Assembly: GCA_002633005.1 (NCBI GenBank)
Contig: NMRA01000655.1
Coordinates: forward strand, 74,643 to 138,642
Length of the DNA: 64,000 nucleotides
Source of the DNA: Phoronis australis
Lineage: Eukaryota > Animalia > Phoronida
Reading direction: 5' to 3'
In this document: in pieces, positions 25,613 to 37,941 of the stretch
How positions within the stretch are numbered: position 1 is the stretch's first letter
Layout: every line of letters starts with the position of its first letter
Notes under the pieces: model-generated
Databases searched by the model: none
Told to the model about the DNA's origin: nothing
What the model saw: the letters and a program-made list of their open reading frames with translations, nothing else
Position numbers and translations under genes: made by a program

Positions 25613-26936
25613 TGTAATTTGATTAATTTCTCGTCCTCTACTCTCGAAGTGACGTTTTGGGAGGCAAGAATTTCGCGCCAATTTCATTTCATATAGTCTG
25701 ATTGTGAAAGCAATCGAGTCAGTCATTGTTCAACCTCGGTTATGATAAGTTCGGTCGTCGTTTGCTTTTGTTTACAAGTCAGTCAACATGCCACGCTGTT
25801 GCTGCGTGCCGGGATGTACTTAGTATCGTCTCACACGCGCTTTGGGTACCTTGCGTCGCTTTCCGAAGGATGACACACTTCGCCGTACTTGGCTAGCTCG
25901 TTCATGTGAGGAACGCAGCGCTACCCGTCCACGCAACGTACAAAGCAGTGGAGGGTTACCGAGGGTGGCAAGCGTTTTCTGTCGTTAGATTACGACAGAG
26001 ATATGTACGCTGAATTGATGAAGGTCCCTACGAAACAACACCTGAAGAAGGGTACCATACCGTCGCTGTTGATTCCCGGCAGTGCCCCGTCGCCAACCCC
26101 GATAGCCTTGTTACAAAGCTGTATATAAATATATATGTATTTTGGCGGCAGTCTTCATACAGCTAGCTGGCTGGCTACAACCCCGAGAAGTGCGTTTTTG
26201 AAGAGAGAAGCCTCGCGAGCTGTGGCCTCTATATACAGTGACTGGAGGCACTTCATCTACTGTCACCCGTGCCTCCGAACGTATCTCATTGCGTGCAATT
26301 CCGGGAACTAGCAGTGATTCGCCCTGTACTGTTGTCTCTAGCCCAGAGCCTGTAAGCAGCCCTACAGCGATGTTGAGTAGTGGGAGCGAATACAGGCCTA
26401 GTTCGACACCCAGTGAAGAGGACAGTTCTTCATCCAATGAACAGATCGGTGAGCCTAAGTTTGATAAGTTTATTGTGCACTTGTATTGGAGCTATTTAGA
26501 AGGTGCCAGGTGTGTGGCGAGGGAGTCACACGGCGGGATGTAAGCAGTTTGGGTGCTCAGATCACCCTCCAGTGGGAGTGTGTCGCGGGACACTCGGGCA
26601 AGTGGGACAGTTCTTCCTCTGTACGTGAGACGATAATGAGTACACCCCCGTACGCAGCAATAGCGTGGCATGTTGATTGACTCGTAAGCAAAAGCAAACG
26701 ACGACCGAACTTATCACAACCGAGGTAGAACAATGACTGACTCGATTGCTCTCACAATCAGACTATATGAAATGAAATTGGCGCGAAATTCTTGCCTCCC
26801 AAAACGTCACTTCCGGAGTAGACGACGAGTAATTAATTAAATTACGAAAAGCAGTAAATAAGTGAAAAATATGTCTGGGATAATCAACGAACCTTATTTT
26901 TGCTAAAAATGACATGAAAAAAGGTTGCCTTCGCTT
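25613..26936 (+). mobile_element. Kolobok-type THAP element copy 2 (5' ~95 bp missing)
   Basis: Closely similar to copy 1 along its length. Right terminus ...CCTTCGCTT|TTAA with TTAA at 26937-26940. THAP ATG at ~25788; CQVCG..CVAGHSGKW at 26486-26610. Confidence 0.8.
26103..26177. mobile_element. 75-bp mini-insertion with 9-bp TSD
   Basis: Ends TAGCC...GGCTA. TSD CAACCCCGA at 26094-26102 and 26178-26186. The empty site is present in copy 1 (~21372). Confidence 0.8.
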
Positions 26937-29475
26937 TTAAGCTGCCTGGAACGCGAAAAACAGAATAAATTTTGATATTCAAAGTGATTCTCCGCCACTG
27001 AAACAGAATTCAACCTGCTCACCAGGTATTTTTACGATTTGTTCATAAATATTTTGAGTTTCTGTTGATATTAAAGATTTTTTCTTTTAGTTTCAACTTT
27101 AAAAAACGATCTATTAACTGCTCGGCCTCCTTATTTGGTATGGAAAAACATAGACGTATTCTGTTTAAGACAAGACAACGCATCTTCAGTGGATTGACGA
27201 AGAATTTTTTCCTAGTATTCCTTATAATTCTTTGGTTTGTTACTGGAAGCTTGAATTATTGGGATTTTGCGACGATCAGCTTTCGTCCTTTAAATATGAT
27301 CTTGGATTAAAACAGATTGGTCTTTATATCTTTTTTACGAGACGGGTTTATTTGATTTTTCAAACACTCTATACGTAGACGCTTCTTTTTAATTCACGTT
27401 TTATATTATTATCAAACCAAGGTTTATTTTTTGGTTTACTTCACAAGGGATGCCACTTTTAATTAATAATGCTAAATACTGTTGAACCGTAGTTCAACTA
27501 AATGATGCTATCCTGACTTGTAACGAATAACAACAATAATGCCGAATGTTGCCGAATGTTGTCGAAATATGCATATCCAGCAGCTGAGCCTAGTTCGTAA
27601 ATTAAATTGAATTCGCAGTTTTTTTATTGGCGTATATGAACAGAAGGTGCTGCCACCATGAGAGAACCAAAACTAGAAAAGACTGAACGCCGGCTGGATA
27701 GATGATCCACAATGACATGGGCGGTGCCTGAAAAAGTGGGGCTAAAGCCCCCCTCATCCCCCTTGTGCTGCACCGCCTATAGACCATGTGTGTCGTATCA
27801 ATGAAAAAGTGGAAGGGCTATAGCTCCCCCCCAGCCTCCTATGGTGCGCCGCCCACGAATGAACTGAGACGATCCACTGATACTATTTTCTTTTGATTAC
27901 AATGTCTGTCCTGAAGGTGACGCTACAAAATTGCTCTGCTAGGTCGTTACCGTGGCTCATGTTAAACAATAAATTTATAAACACATTTCTGCCGTAGTGC
28001 TCATGATATACGCCCGCACGAAATACAAAAAAAATGAATTTCATTTGAGAACTAAATTCAGCTCCTCCGAACTAGACGCGCAACGTTCGTAACCCCGTCC
28101 TTCCCATCACAGCTCTCTCATTTCCATTTCTTGTCTACCCTTACCATTTGTGCACGTCTCTCTTATTTGAAGGCCATTCTTCCCCAGTACCACCTGCTTG
28201 TCACATTTGTGGCTCTGACCTCAAGTTTCCATATGAAAGTCTGTCCTCTACAGTTTTACCATTACTTAGTTGTTCAAATCACAAATAACACATACTCACA
28301 TAGAAAGTGGAAGCCAGCTGAAAACAGAAAATGGACATTGAAGAAAGATTCCGACTGTTTGTGACTCTTACTGAAGACGGGCGTCATTTTTAATTACGTG
28401 TCCGCGTTTTGTGGCAAATTATTAGCAGCAGTCAATATTGTTTGCATTTTGAACTAACTTTGCTGAGTTGCAATAGTTTAAATATAGCCCAGTAATTGTA
28501 TACAGCTAGTCAATAAAGAGACCTACTGTATACCTGATTCTGGTTTTGTACATTTGTGGAAATAAACGAGATACCCGAATTGAAGAATCGGTGAACCCAA
28601 AATTTGCGCCGGTGCTCCCGAATCACCCGGATGGCGTTTTTTGTTTTAGATTAACAGGCCCAATGTTTCGCCCAGGTTCGTCCAATTGAGAAGCAGACGC
28701 TCGGCACACATAACTTCGCATGTTTCATAAGGGGACCTTTCTGATTTTTGCCGAAAAATTCCGACTCCCGTTTGTTTACATCTTCTTACTTTTGGGCAAG
28801 GTCACAGCTGGCTAAATTGCCTGATTTTGATGTTATCTCTGGTCTGGGTCTATACAAGCCCTTGTTTACACCTTGTCTCAGGGGACAATGAAAAGAGGTA
28901 GAATGAAACTTACAGAAAGTCATGTATTTTTGCCTTTCTACTGCCACCGGAAAAAAAGAGACGTCAAAAATAACCAAAATTGTGATTTCGGCTCTTTGTA
29001 TCTTAACTCAGAAATTCATGACTGCTCTTGATTTATAGATTTCAGAAAAGTGTGTTAAAATATCAATATGTCATTACCAATCAGATTTTAACCGTTTCCA
29101 GTTGTTTGAAGCCGGGGTACATGGATTCGCGCCAAAACAAGGATGTGTTCTGAAAATGGCGGGACTTCCGTAATCGAGTACAAGTATATAAGAGCAGAAG
29201 CCAAATGTGCGAACGCTGGTGAGTGGCGGGGTGTTAAGTAAGAGAATCATCAGGAATTGAGATGATAATCGTCATTGTGAACGAACAATGGCGATAAAGT
29301 GCTGATGGTGGTAAAAATAACAACGATTAAGATTTTGTTGGTGTTCTGATAGTAATTTAGCTCAAGATAAGTGTCAGATAAGCGTGTTAACGTAGAGGAA
29401 TCGAGACCTAATTTTACAAATCAAATTTGAGTTACCATTGACTTTGTGCCATTTTATAATAGAAGTTACATAAAG

Positions 29476-32400
29476 ATGAAACATTGTTTTCGAGAGAAAC
29501 TGTTCATCACTCTTTGTTGCGTTTCCTACGTAGTTTCCCAAGAGACATCGTGCAAGCAAGTTTCAAGTTGCGCATGCGAAACGAATGATGGCAGAAGGAT
29601 CGATTTATCTCCCCTCGCTAATCGTGACGGCACCCCTGCGTAAGTACAGCTACAGTGTAAGTGATCGCTGGAGTACTTTTGCTTGCGAAATGCAGTTCTT
29701 TTTTGATACATCACTATTCATTTCTTCTGAACTCAATTCTTTTTTCTTGCACCAGAGCTCCTTTTTAAAGAAGAACGTTCCTTTCACCGGCACATGAAAT
29801 TACAATTGTTTGAAAGAAAAGATTGCCAATCATAAGAAAATGAATGGGATTGGTGAAAAGATGTTCCAGTACATTGTTAATGAGTACCACGTGCAGGCTA
29901 TGATTAAGGACAATGTTCAATCCTCATTTGGTTACGGCGAAAATTTAACCTTGAATACCTAATAGGTAGGAAATTTGTTCTTACAGGTTCAAAGCGACAC
30001 CACTTAGCTCTCGACCAATTAACACCTTTCTGTGGAATCCGTGTTTCAACTTCCATGGTAACGGCTTATGTGGCAATGTGGCGGTTAGTGGGATTGTATT
30101 AGAGCACAGTTTTTATTTGTTAATAGAATTTTAACACTTCATACAGTTTCAGAAAAATTATCATGGACGCCTAATATCTCGTGGCGAAATATTTGATTAG
30201 CAACATTGTTAAATAACTCTTTCCAATTTATGTTGCGAATCGAAATTGTCCGGTACTGCCTGATGCCCCAGTTTTAGACCAAGAACAATGACTTGGGCAG
30301 CGGTGAAATGATACGGCGATACATCCTTTAGAAACATTCGTTAATTCCAAACCTGATATAAAACCTTCATTCATTACCAAAACATAGTGATGACTCCCAA
30401 GAGAATTTCACACGATCATGTACACAGCTTCCGTATGTGCTAGCCTGCGGTTCTGCATTCTGCATAAAAGTGACGATTCTTGAATCACAAGCATGAATAT
30501 ACGCCATGACAAATGAATGCAACCAAGGACATGTACCAAGCAAAGCCTTTGAAAATCCCGAAAATGACAGTGGCGCTTATTGTGTTATAGGCTTGTAAGA
30601 TAGAAAACTACGGTGACACACGTTACGTTAATCTGGGTAATCAGACGTCAGCAAAGTTCCAGAGCATAGAACACGAGTTAACGCTCTTCTACAGCAACGA
30701 GAAAGACGAACCTTTAGAGTGAGTGGACAGCAAGACCACGTTAAAGTGACTTTAAGTCCTCATTTTATGAAATTACATTAGGCGATTTAGGCTACTTACA
30801 TGAATTATTTTCTAATTGATTCTTTACTTAACCTGGCTAACCAGTTTATGAGCCGTGTATTGTCTTTAGCAATAGCGAATGGTCAGTTATCCCCATCTGA
30901 TTAAGGATTAGTTTGTAATGATAAGTGGTTTAAATTATTAATCCATGGTCCAGTTTTGCATGAGTTCAAATTTTCACTCGCAAAATATTCAACCACTTTC
31001 ATATAAAGTGTCCGTTTATACTGTATCTTACTTTGAAATCGACACACAAAGTTTTCAATACTTTCGCAAATGACGACGGATATCTTGAGACTTAGTGCAG
31101 ACGATGAACTACGCCTCTAATGTAAGTGATCTCAACTCGCTACTCATTTCTGGGCAAAAACGAACCGTGGTATTCTCTTTGCTAGGCGGTATGCCAACTA
31201 TCTAAGTGGTTGCATAATTCCTTTGACTCGTGAACATAAATTGTCACGTAGCCCGGCATAATAAGATGCGAAATTGAAGCTACCACGAATTTATGTCCTC
31301 AAAGAGGCTTTCCAGAGTCATACGGTTTGTAGAGTTGAACACAAATGAGGCTTTATGATTGAACAGGACATACTGCTGAAAATCATCCAGACGTCTGGCA
31401 ATGACTGCTGATGATTGAACTAGTCCCACCAGATCACCTGCCAACAATTAAACGATTTGACAACATTTTCCTGACGGTGCACCTATTGTCGATTTCTGAC
31501 GCCGACGCCGGGTCCAATTACAATTAAGCTCCTCACATTTGCTAGACTGGCTAGATTGCCGGCCGATATGACCATTTTTAGCCCGGAAACTCGTCGTATT
31601 GGCGTCATCACCAGAAATTCGTGAACTAGGCCATCCGCTAGGTGGCGATCGTCGTGTGAGTGTTTGCCAATCACAGTCTAGGTCAGAGGTCAGTTCCCTT
31701 GTTTTTCGTTTACACTCACGAAGGAGGTGATCGACAAGAATTGAAATTAACTTAAAAGTTTGGTGGAATCTGATATTGATATCACAGAACCTAAACTACC
31801 GAAGCACGTCGAGACTGTGGGCAAGGAATTTCTGCAAATTGAACGTGTCATAGCTTGAGGAAAATCGAAAAGAGTGAGTATAAACATGCCAGGCATAGCT
31901 GGTGTAGCACAGCTTAGTTGATTCAGTGACTGACCAACCGAGTTGTTGCTGCACACAATTACTTAATATGATTTTACTGTCGATTTATTAATAACTATTT
32001 TATAGTTGCAATGGTCCGTGAAATGTGTTTTAATATAGCCTGATTACGTCTGTTACACTTTCCCACTCAACGAATTCATTCCTGCCCGTATGTACTATTA
32101 AACTTGCAACACAAGCACAGCTGTCTGACCTCAGTCCTCAGGTTTAAAATAAGTAGAGTGTCTTTAGGTCAGCATTATGGTATTATGCTGCAAAACAAAT
32201 TAATTTCGATTCAGACTAACAAAATGCCGATGTGCTTGATTTATTCTATAAATCTGGAGATTCTGCTGCTGATACGTTGCTTTTATTTTTAGGTTGGCTG
32301 GACCTTTTGCTTACATAATTCGCCAGAGAGACTGCAGTTGGAAACCAGAGTGCATTTAACACCAGACTTTGCCCCTCTGTACACCAAGCTATTGCTTCCT

Positions 32401-35400
32401 CTCAAAATCAAGAGGCGGTCAAAAAGATCACTTTTCGCAAGATTGTAGTGACCATTGGTTGATGATTCCAATCTTAGTTAGGGTAAAGTTCGTATTATCC
32501 CAACACTATATTCATTGCATGCAGAACTCGATATAATTAAGCGTGTACATGCTCGAAAATACAATAAAAAAGTTAAGTATGAATGGGAAATTGACCTCAC
32601 CCGTACAATCTAACAGGTACGGAGCGAACGTTCAGCATTTTTTTAGGTCGTCACTTTTTGCGAGTCCAAATCCGGGAACACGAGTGCAGAATTTGCGGTC
32701 ACTCGTATTTTCGAGCAGGCATTTTCGCCTGTGTCGAGGGCTGGCATGAATATGTTTGTTTTTTATTTTTGAAGTGCATCAGATGTCATCTATGGAAGTA
32801 GTGCTGATATATTTTACACTAGATTTTATTTTTGTTTACTTCATCTCTTATGAGTATTTTCACATGTGTTGAAATTCAGTTATTCCTCGTGGTTGATATT
32901 TGTAACATTTGCATTTTTTGTATTCATTTATGATGTTTATTTCGTGCTAAGTGATGTTGCTGTTTTCACAACAATCTCTTATTGCATGCAAACATGTCAT
33001 ATGAACTGGCTAAATCTTCCATTCTAGTCATTTACTATTTAAATCTGAACACTGCTATTTAAAGCAGCATTGGTGGCATTTTGTATGTTTAGCGTTATAA
33101 AAATAAAGTTTTGAACAAAAATTACTCATTTGTTTTTTCTGGCTATTATATGAACTCCTGTTTCTGTTGCTGGAAAGTCCATTCCATATTATTTACTTGT
33201 ACATTTACCAGCGCAACCTGTTTTGAACCCAAACTTTACACTGCATAAGTGGATTTAGGCTTCCCTTTCGCACACGATAAAAATGGCATTGACATGTCGT
33301 TTTCAGTTTCTGAAATCCTTATCCATTTCTGATACCTACTACTGATTCAGGAATGATAAAATTTTGTTCCACTCACCAGCACAGTGTGTTTTGAAACCAA
33401 ACGCAGGGGCGGATCCAGGTTTTTTTTAAAAAAGGGTGTCCAAGTCAATTCGAAAATTCTAGATTTCACGTAACTAAAATCAAGGGAAAAAGGGATCCGA
33501 AACCCTTTGACCCCTCTGGATCCGCCTATCAAACCGTGACGGTACGCTGCATAGATGGATATAGGGGGGTCCGAGGGGGCCAAGGGCTCCCTCATTCTGC
33601 ACACAATAAAAAATGGCGCCGATCTTTCGTTTTCAGGGATCTCACGAGGGTTTGTCCTACGCCCCTCGCAAGGCTATTATGAAGGTTTATCCTTCGGAAA
33701 TTGAGGTCGGGCCCCCATCATCTTAATTCCATTGATCCGTCTATGGGTATGAGTTCTTTTTTTAATAAATGTGATACCTTCAACACAGCACTGATAAATT
33801 AAAAACAGCAATATAATGTTAAAAAGAACTAGTACAACCTTAACCGAGCTGCGTCTCATGAATTGCTCTATTTGCAATAATTTCAGAATTCATTTTTTTA
33901 GCAAAATGCATGACCGACTGCTTCTTGTTGCACTACTGGGAATTAACATAATCATTCCCGGCTAAATCTTCCTCATTTGAGCTTTCAAATCGTACTACAG
34001 ACCACGAAACTTTAAGTGACTGCTTTTTACATTTCTGGCCGCGAATCCGTTTTCAACACCCTGTTGGACACCCGTTTTTTTCAGAAAATTCGTTCGAAAA
34101 CAGCATTTGTGATATCTAGGTCACACTGTTAGTGACCTGCGCTATCGGCAAACAAGGGAACTGAATTATACTCTCCACAGATTTGATTGATTGCCTTCCG
34201 GGCGATTGGCTGTGACCATCAACATGGGCTAACTTCAAACTTCAATGGACACCAAAAAATCTTCACCAATCTTTCCAATATTCAGCATAATGAATCATTA
34301 GATCTATGTTTTTCTCGCTAGCTATCGGCAAATTGCAGAGTTGTCTCCCCTAAATCAAAATTCCTCGGAAAAACCCTTCGTGTGTATTTCTGTGGGGGAA
34401 TAGTTAGCTGCTGGCTGCGCATGCGCACTGCCTATGTCAGATATTTCTGGCGTTGGTTGTGTTGAAACATCCAGGCATGTGACCAAGGCATATAGTGAAC
34501 GCAGACCAAAGATTATTTTTCTCTGTAATCGTGTGAACTACAGTTACACTGGTGACCACGGAACATGGAACTCCCAGTGTCCATGGACAGGGTTCACTCT
34601 CAGTGTCTATATATCGGACATGGTTCACAGCTTAGGGACAGTATAGGCACAAAATTACGAACTCAACTGGATGCTTGAAGTGAACGATAGAACGACAGCC
34701 GAGATGACAGCATACGCCAAGACGTGCAATACAATAACAACTGAACAAAATGCTGGTTAATTCCTGTGTTCTTGTCTGCAATGGCTACCGTAGGTAAAAT
34801 CGATATATGCAAAATAAACATAATTTGCGGGACTCAAAAGAGAATTTGAATTGTTTTGACATGAGCATTATATGAACTCAAGAAATAAATATGTTTGTTA
34901 AAAATAAGAATATAGGTTTCAAACCATACCTTTAATCGTCAGCTTTATTGCAGATATTTGGACATATTGCTCATCTGTAACGAAACCGCTGAGGAAGACG
35001 AATTGATAGTTTTGGAGAAAAACGTAAGGCAAATTTAATCAGTGGACAACTTCATGTTAGACGTATGTGCCTAGATGTGGGAAAAAGATTAAAGCCTACT
35101 ACGGAAGCAAGTCCTTTTTATGATGTAGGTACCCCGTCGCACAGATTTACAATACGTTATACGTGAATTTGAAGCATTACTCAGAGACGTTCCATTGATT
35201 TTGAACACACATGCACTTCCAATTCAAATCGTTCTCATTTTCCAGTATCTAATGCTCACTAGCAAATATTGCTGCCCTCGATCACAATACAGTACAGTAA
35301 ACACGACTGTTGCGACATCTGTAGCGCCATCACCACAACCGAACGGATACCGTCTCAGCGCTGGAAGTGTCCTGCTGATAATGTAAGAATTTATGTCTAG

Positions 35401-37595
35401 CTATTTTGTTACTGTCTCCATTGAGTTCTGTGATTGAAAGTTTAAGGTAAAAAAACAGAGGGGCTGAACTGTAGTGTTTCTAAACACCAAACTGAGGCGG
35501 CAAGTTCGCCTCACTTAAATTGTAAAGCAATTACAAGATATTTAAATGTGGCATTTAGTATTAAAATTAAAGCACATGGTTTTCAATTAGACGGTCTTCT
35601 TTTAGATGTCCTTTGGTTATTGCTGTCTATCTTTTGGTGGGAGGAACGTATTTGAAATTTGCCAAAGGGCGAGGATGTCCCGACAATATCCCGAACTATG
35701 AGTTCTGGATTGAATTACCTTCGCTAGTGCTGGTAAGCAATGTAAAACTATTAATGGCGAATTAAGTCATTTTATGACTAGAATACCAATTCAGTAATTC
35801 CTTGTCATCATTTACTTTTTATGCTTAAATGTGAAGGGTAGACATGTCACTTAAATGTGAAGGGTAGACATGTCACTTAAATGTGAAGGGTAGACATGTC
35901 ACTTAAATGTGAAGGGTAGACATGTCACTTAAATGTGAAGGGTAGACATGTCACTTAAGTGAGTGTGATCTCTTGCTTTACTTGTAATGCATGGCGATAT
36001 CACACCACACAAAGACTTTTACGTGATCTAGCTTTTCTCAAAAGAATCTTGGCATTCAGAACGCAGCCCAGTTTTGGGATTTAATCTCTTTATTCGACGG
36101 TAGACTCGAAAATCGTATAGCGTGGTTCGACTGAACCTGCAATTTAGTTCTCGATTAACGCGCCACGGTTGCTTAAATTTTTTTTTCTTAACTTCCACAA
36201 ATTTCCTAGTTATCTTAACCCATGCTTAATTGCTTAATATTTATTTTAAAGTTTACCGTCAAGGCAATGAACTTTTTGTACAGAAATGAGTGAAAATCGC
36301 TACCACTCTTTGTATCGACATGCGCAAACTAGTGTCATCCCAAGAACTCTCAACCAAGCATTGAGCATTTGGGCACTGATTCCCTAATTACTGGATGCTA
36401 ATAGACGCACAACCACAAACTCGTAATATAACACTTCAAACTCGTTTTTAGCGCCCAATAAACCTGCTACACACTCGATCGCTGCTAGCCATTCATCCAA
36501 AGATGACCTGTCGTGTGTACACACTCGCTGCTAACATTTTCACAACGTGCAAAAATTAAATTCATCACAAACCCGCCTTTTACCACCAAACGACTTTTCA
36601 TCTGTATCACTTACCGATATAAAATCGGCCTCACACTGTTCCCTTGTCGAAAGGAAGATGACATCCGGGCTTCGAAAGGACTTAAGAGTTCTTTATTGCT
36701 TGAAGTCAAAATTGTCGGTTTATGAGCCGAGTGTNNNNNNNNNNNNNNNNNNNNNNNNNNNNNNNNNNNNNNNNNNNNNNNNNNNNNNNNNNNNNNNNNN
36801 NNNNNNNNNNNNNNNNNNNNNNNNNNNNNNNNNNNNNNNNNNNNNNNNNNNNNNNNNNNNNNNNNNNGGGGGGGGGGGGCATCGTGTTGCCTCGGGGAAC
36901 TGCGGGGCAAAGCGCGAGTGTATGTGCACAGGCGCCAGAAATTTGCGGGGTCCGGGGACGTGGACCTTCATCTGTTCAAAAAAATCTGCCGGTGAACTAA
37001 AAAAAAATAGCGAACACCATTCCGCCGCCATCTGGGGCCTGAGCCCCCTCCCGTACCGGTCCTAGTTCCTGAACGCTGTTGCTGTTTCAATTTCCTTGCG
37101 GTAGCCAAGGGGGAGGGGGTTAAATCCCGCCTATAGTGCAAACCCAAAAACTCCTTTTCAGTAAGTTGAGACTACTATAGCGGTAAGTAGTCTAAGGCAA
37201 GAGTTCACTTCTTGGACCCACCCCAGTTCCTAAAACTTTCACCGCTGTCAATATGCTGGTTTTCAGACTCCAACATGTGATATTGACTGAGATGAAGTTG
37301 GCCGCTGTTGGGTTTATCATTTTGCACACGTGTCCAAACCGTATTACAAGTGGGAGTTTTGTTATCTAGTTCAGTTTACAATGAAAAATATGACTTTAAT
37401 GGAGTGCATGTAATGTCATTTCCAGTAATATCTCTGATGCACATCTGTTTTACATCTGGTATGAGATCGAAGATTACTGTTTGGATGCAGTTTCCCATCA
37501 AATTTGCTCTAAAATAAATGTTCTACGTGTATTTTCAGGAAGGATGTCGCTTTGTATTCAGGGATTGCAGAACTGATGTGTACCGAAAGATTTAA
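29476..37595 (+). CDS. MRH-domain type I membrane protein, CD-MPR/ATG27-like, paralog A (259 aa)
   Basis: Exons 29476-29639, 29987-30083, 30591-30718, 34954-35023, 35246-35382, 35606-35732, 37539-37595; all GT-AG, phases 2,0,2,0,2,0, 780 nt open. Features in order: signal peptide, CKQVSSCAC..IDLSPL..WNPC..C..AC..LG..LIC..LTSKYCCP, S/T/P stalk, TM LSAGSVLLIICPLVIAVYLLVGG, tail IPNYEFWIELPSLVLEGCRFV..YRKI*. Confidence 0.9.
35824..35958. repeat. 26-bp minisatellite, 5 copies
   Basis: CTTAAATGTGAAGGGTAGACATGTCA repeated five times with no spacers. Confidence 0.95.
36735..36867. other. Assembly gap (N run); further gap at 38353-38381 and single N at 40608
   Basis: N characters; both N runs adjoin poly-G tracts. 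Confidence 0.99.
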
Positions 37596-37941
37596 ACATG
37601 GGAGCTAGAGTCTAATGAAAAGATATTACGCCTGCACTGCTTATTTGTCACACTCGAAACTTAGGAAATCTGTGCGAGTCGGCTAGATATAGCATGATGC
37701 TTTTGTAACTACATGAAAATATTAATTCACCGATTATCGTTTTGCTTCATTCCAGGAGCGTGTTAGAGAATACAATCCACTTGCTCTGATAAAGTCGTGA
37801 TTACTTCATTTATCGCTATTAATCAGGTTGTCATGTGATTTCAACCTCGTGTACAGGAAATACATCTTTTAGTGCGAAACATGAGATATATATGATTTGA
37901 GGCCACCGTCGTCACCGTGGAAGCAATATTGAAAAACTAGA

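Noticed and set aside
23095-28390. Upstream exons of the TOG gene (minus-strand donors near 24010 and 28298)
   Set aside because: Candidate frames contain stops or have incompatible phases, and no homology was recognisable, so no model can be supported.
31691-34164. 14-bp inverted pair CAGTTCCCTTGTTT / AAACAAGGGAACTG in intron 3 of paralog A
   Set aside because: No TSD or coherent internal structure; more likely the ends of separate decayed repeats.
35824-35958. 26-bp repeats (and the 74-bp and 22-bp arrays) as CRISPR-like arrays
   Set aside because: Units are contiguous with no unique spacers, there are no cas genes, and the context is eukaryotic intron.
36513-37065. ORFs containing X runs
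   Set aside because: They are open only because they span the N gap; no recognisable motifs.
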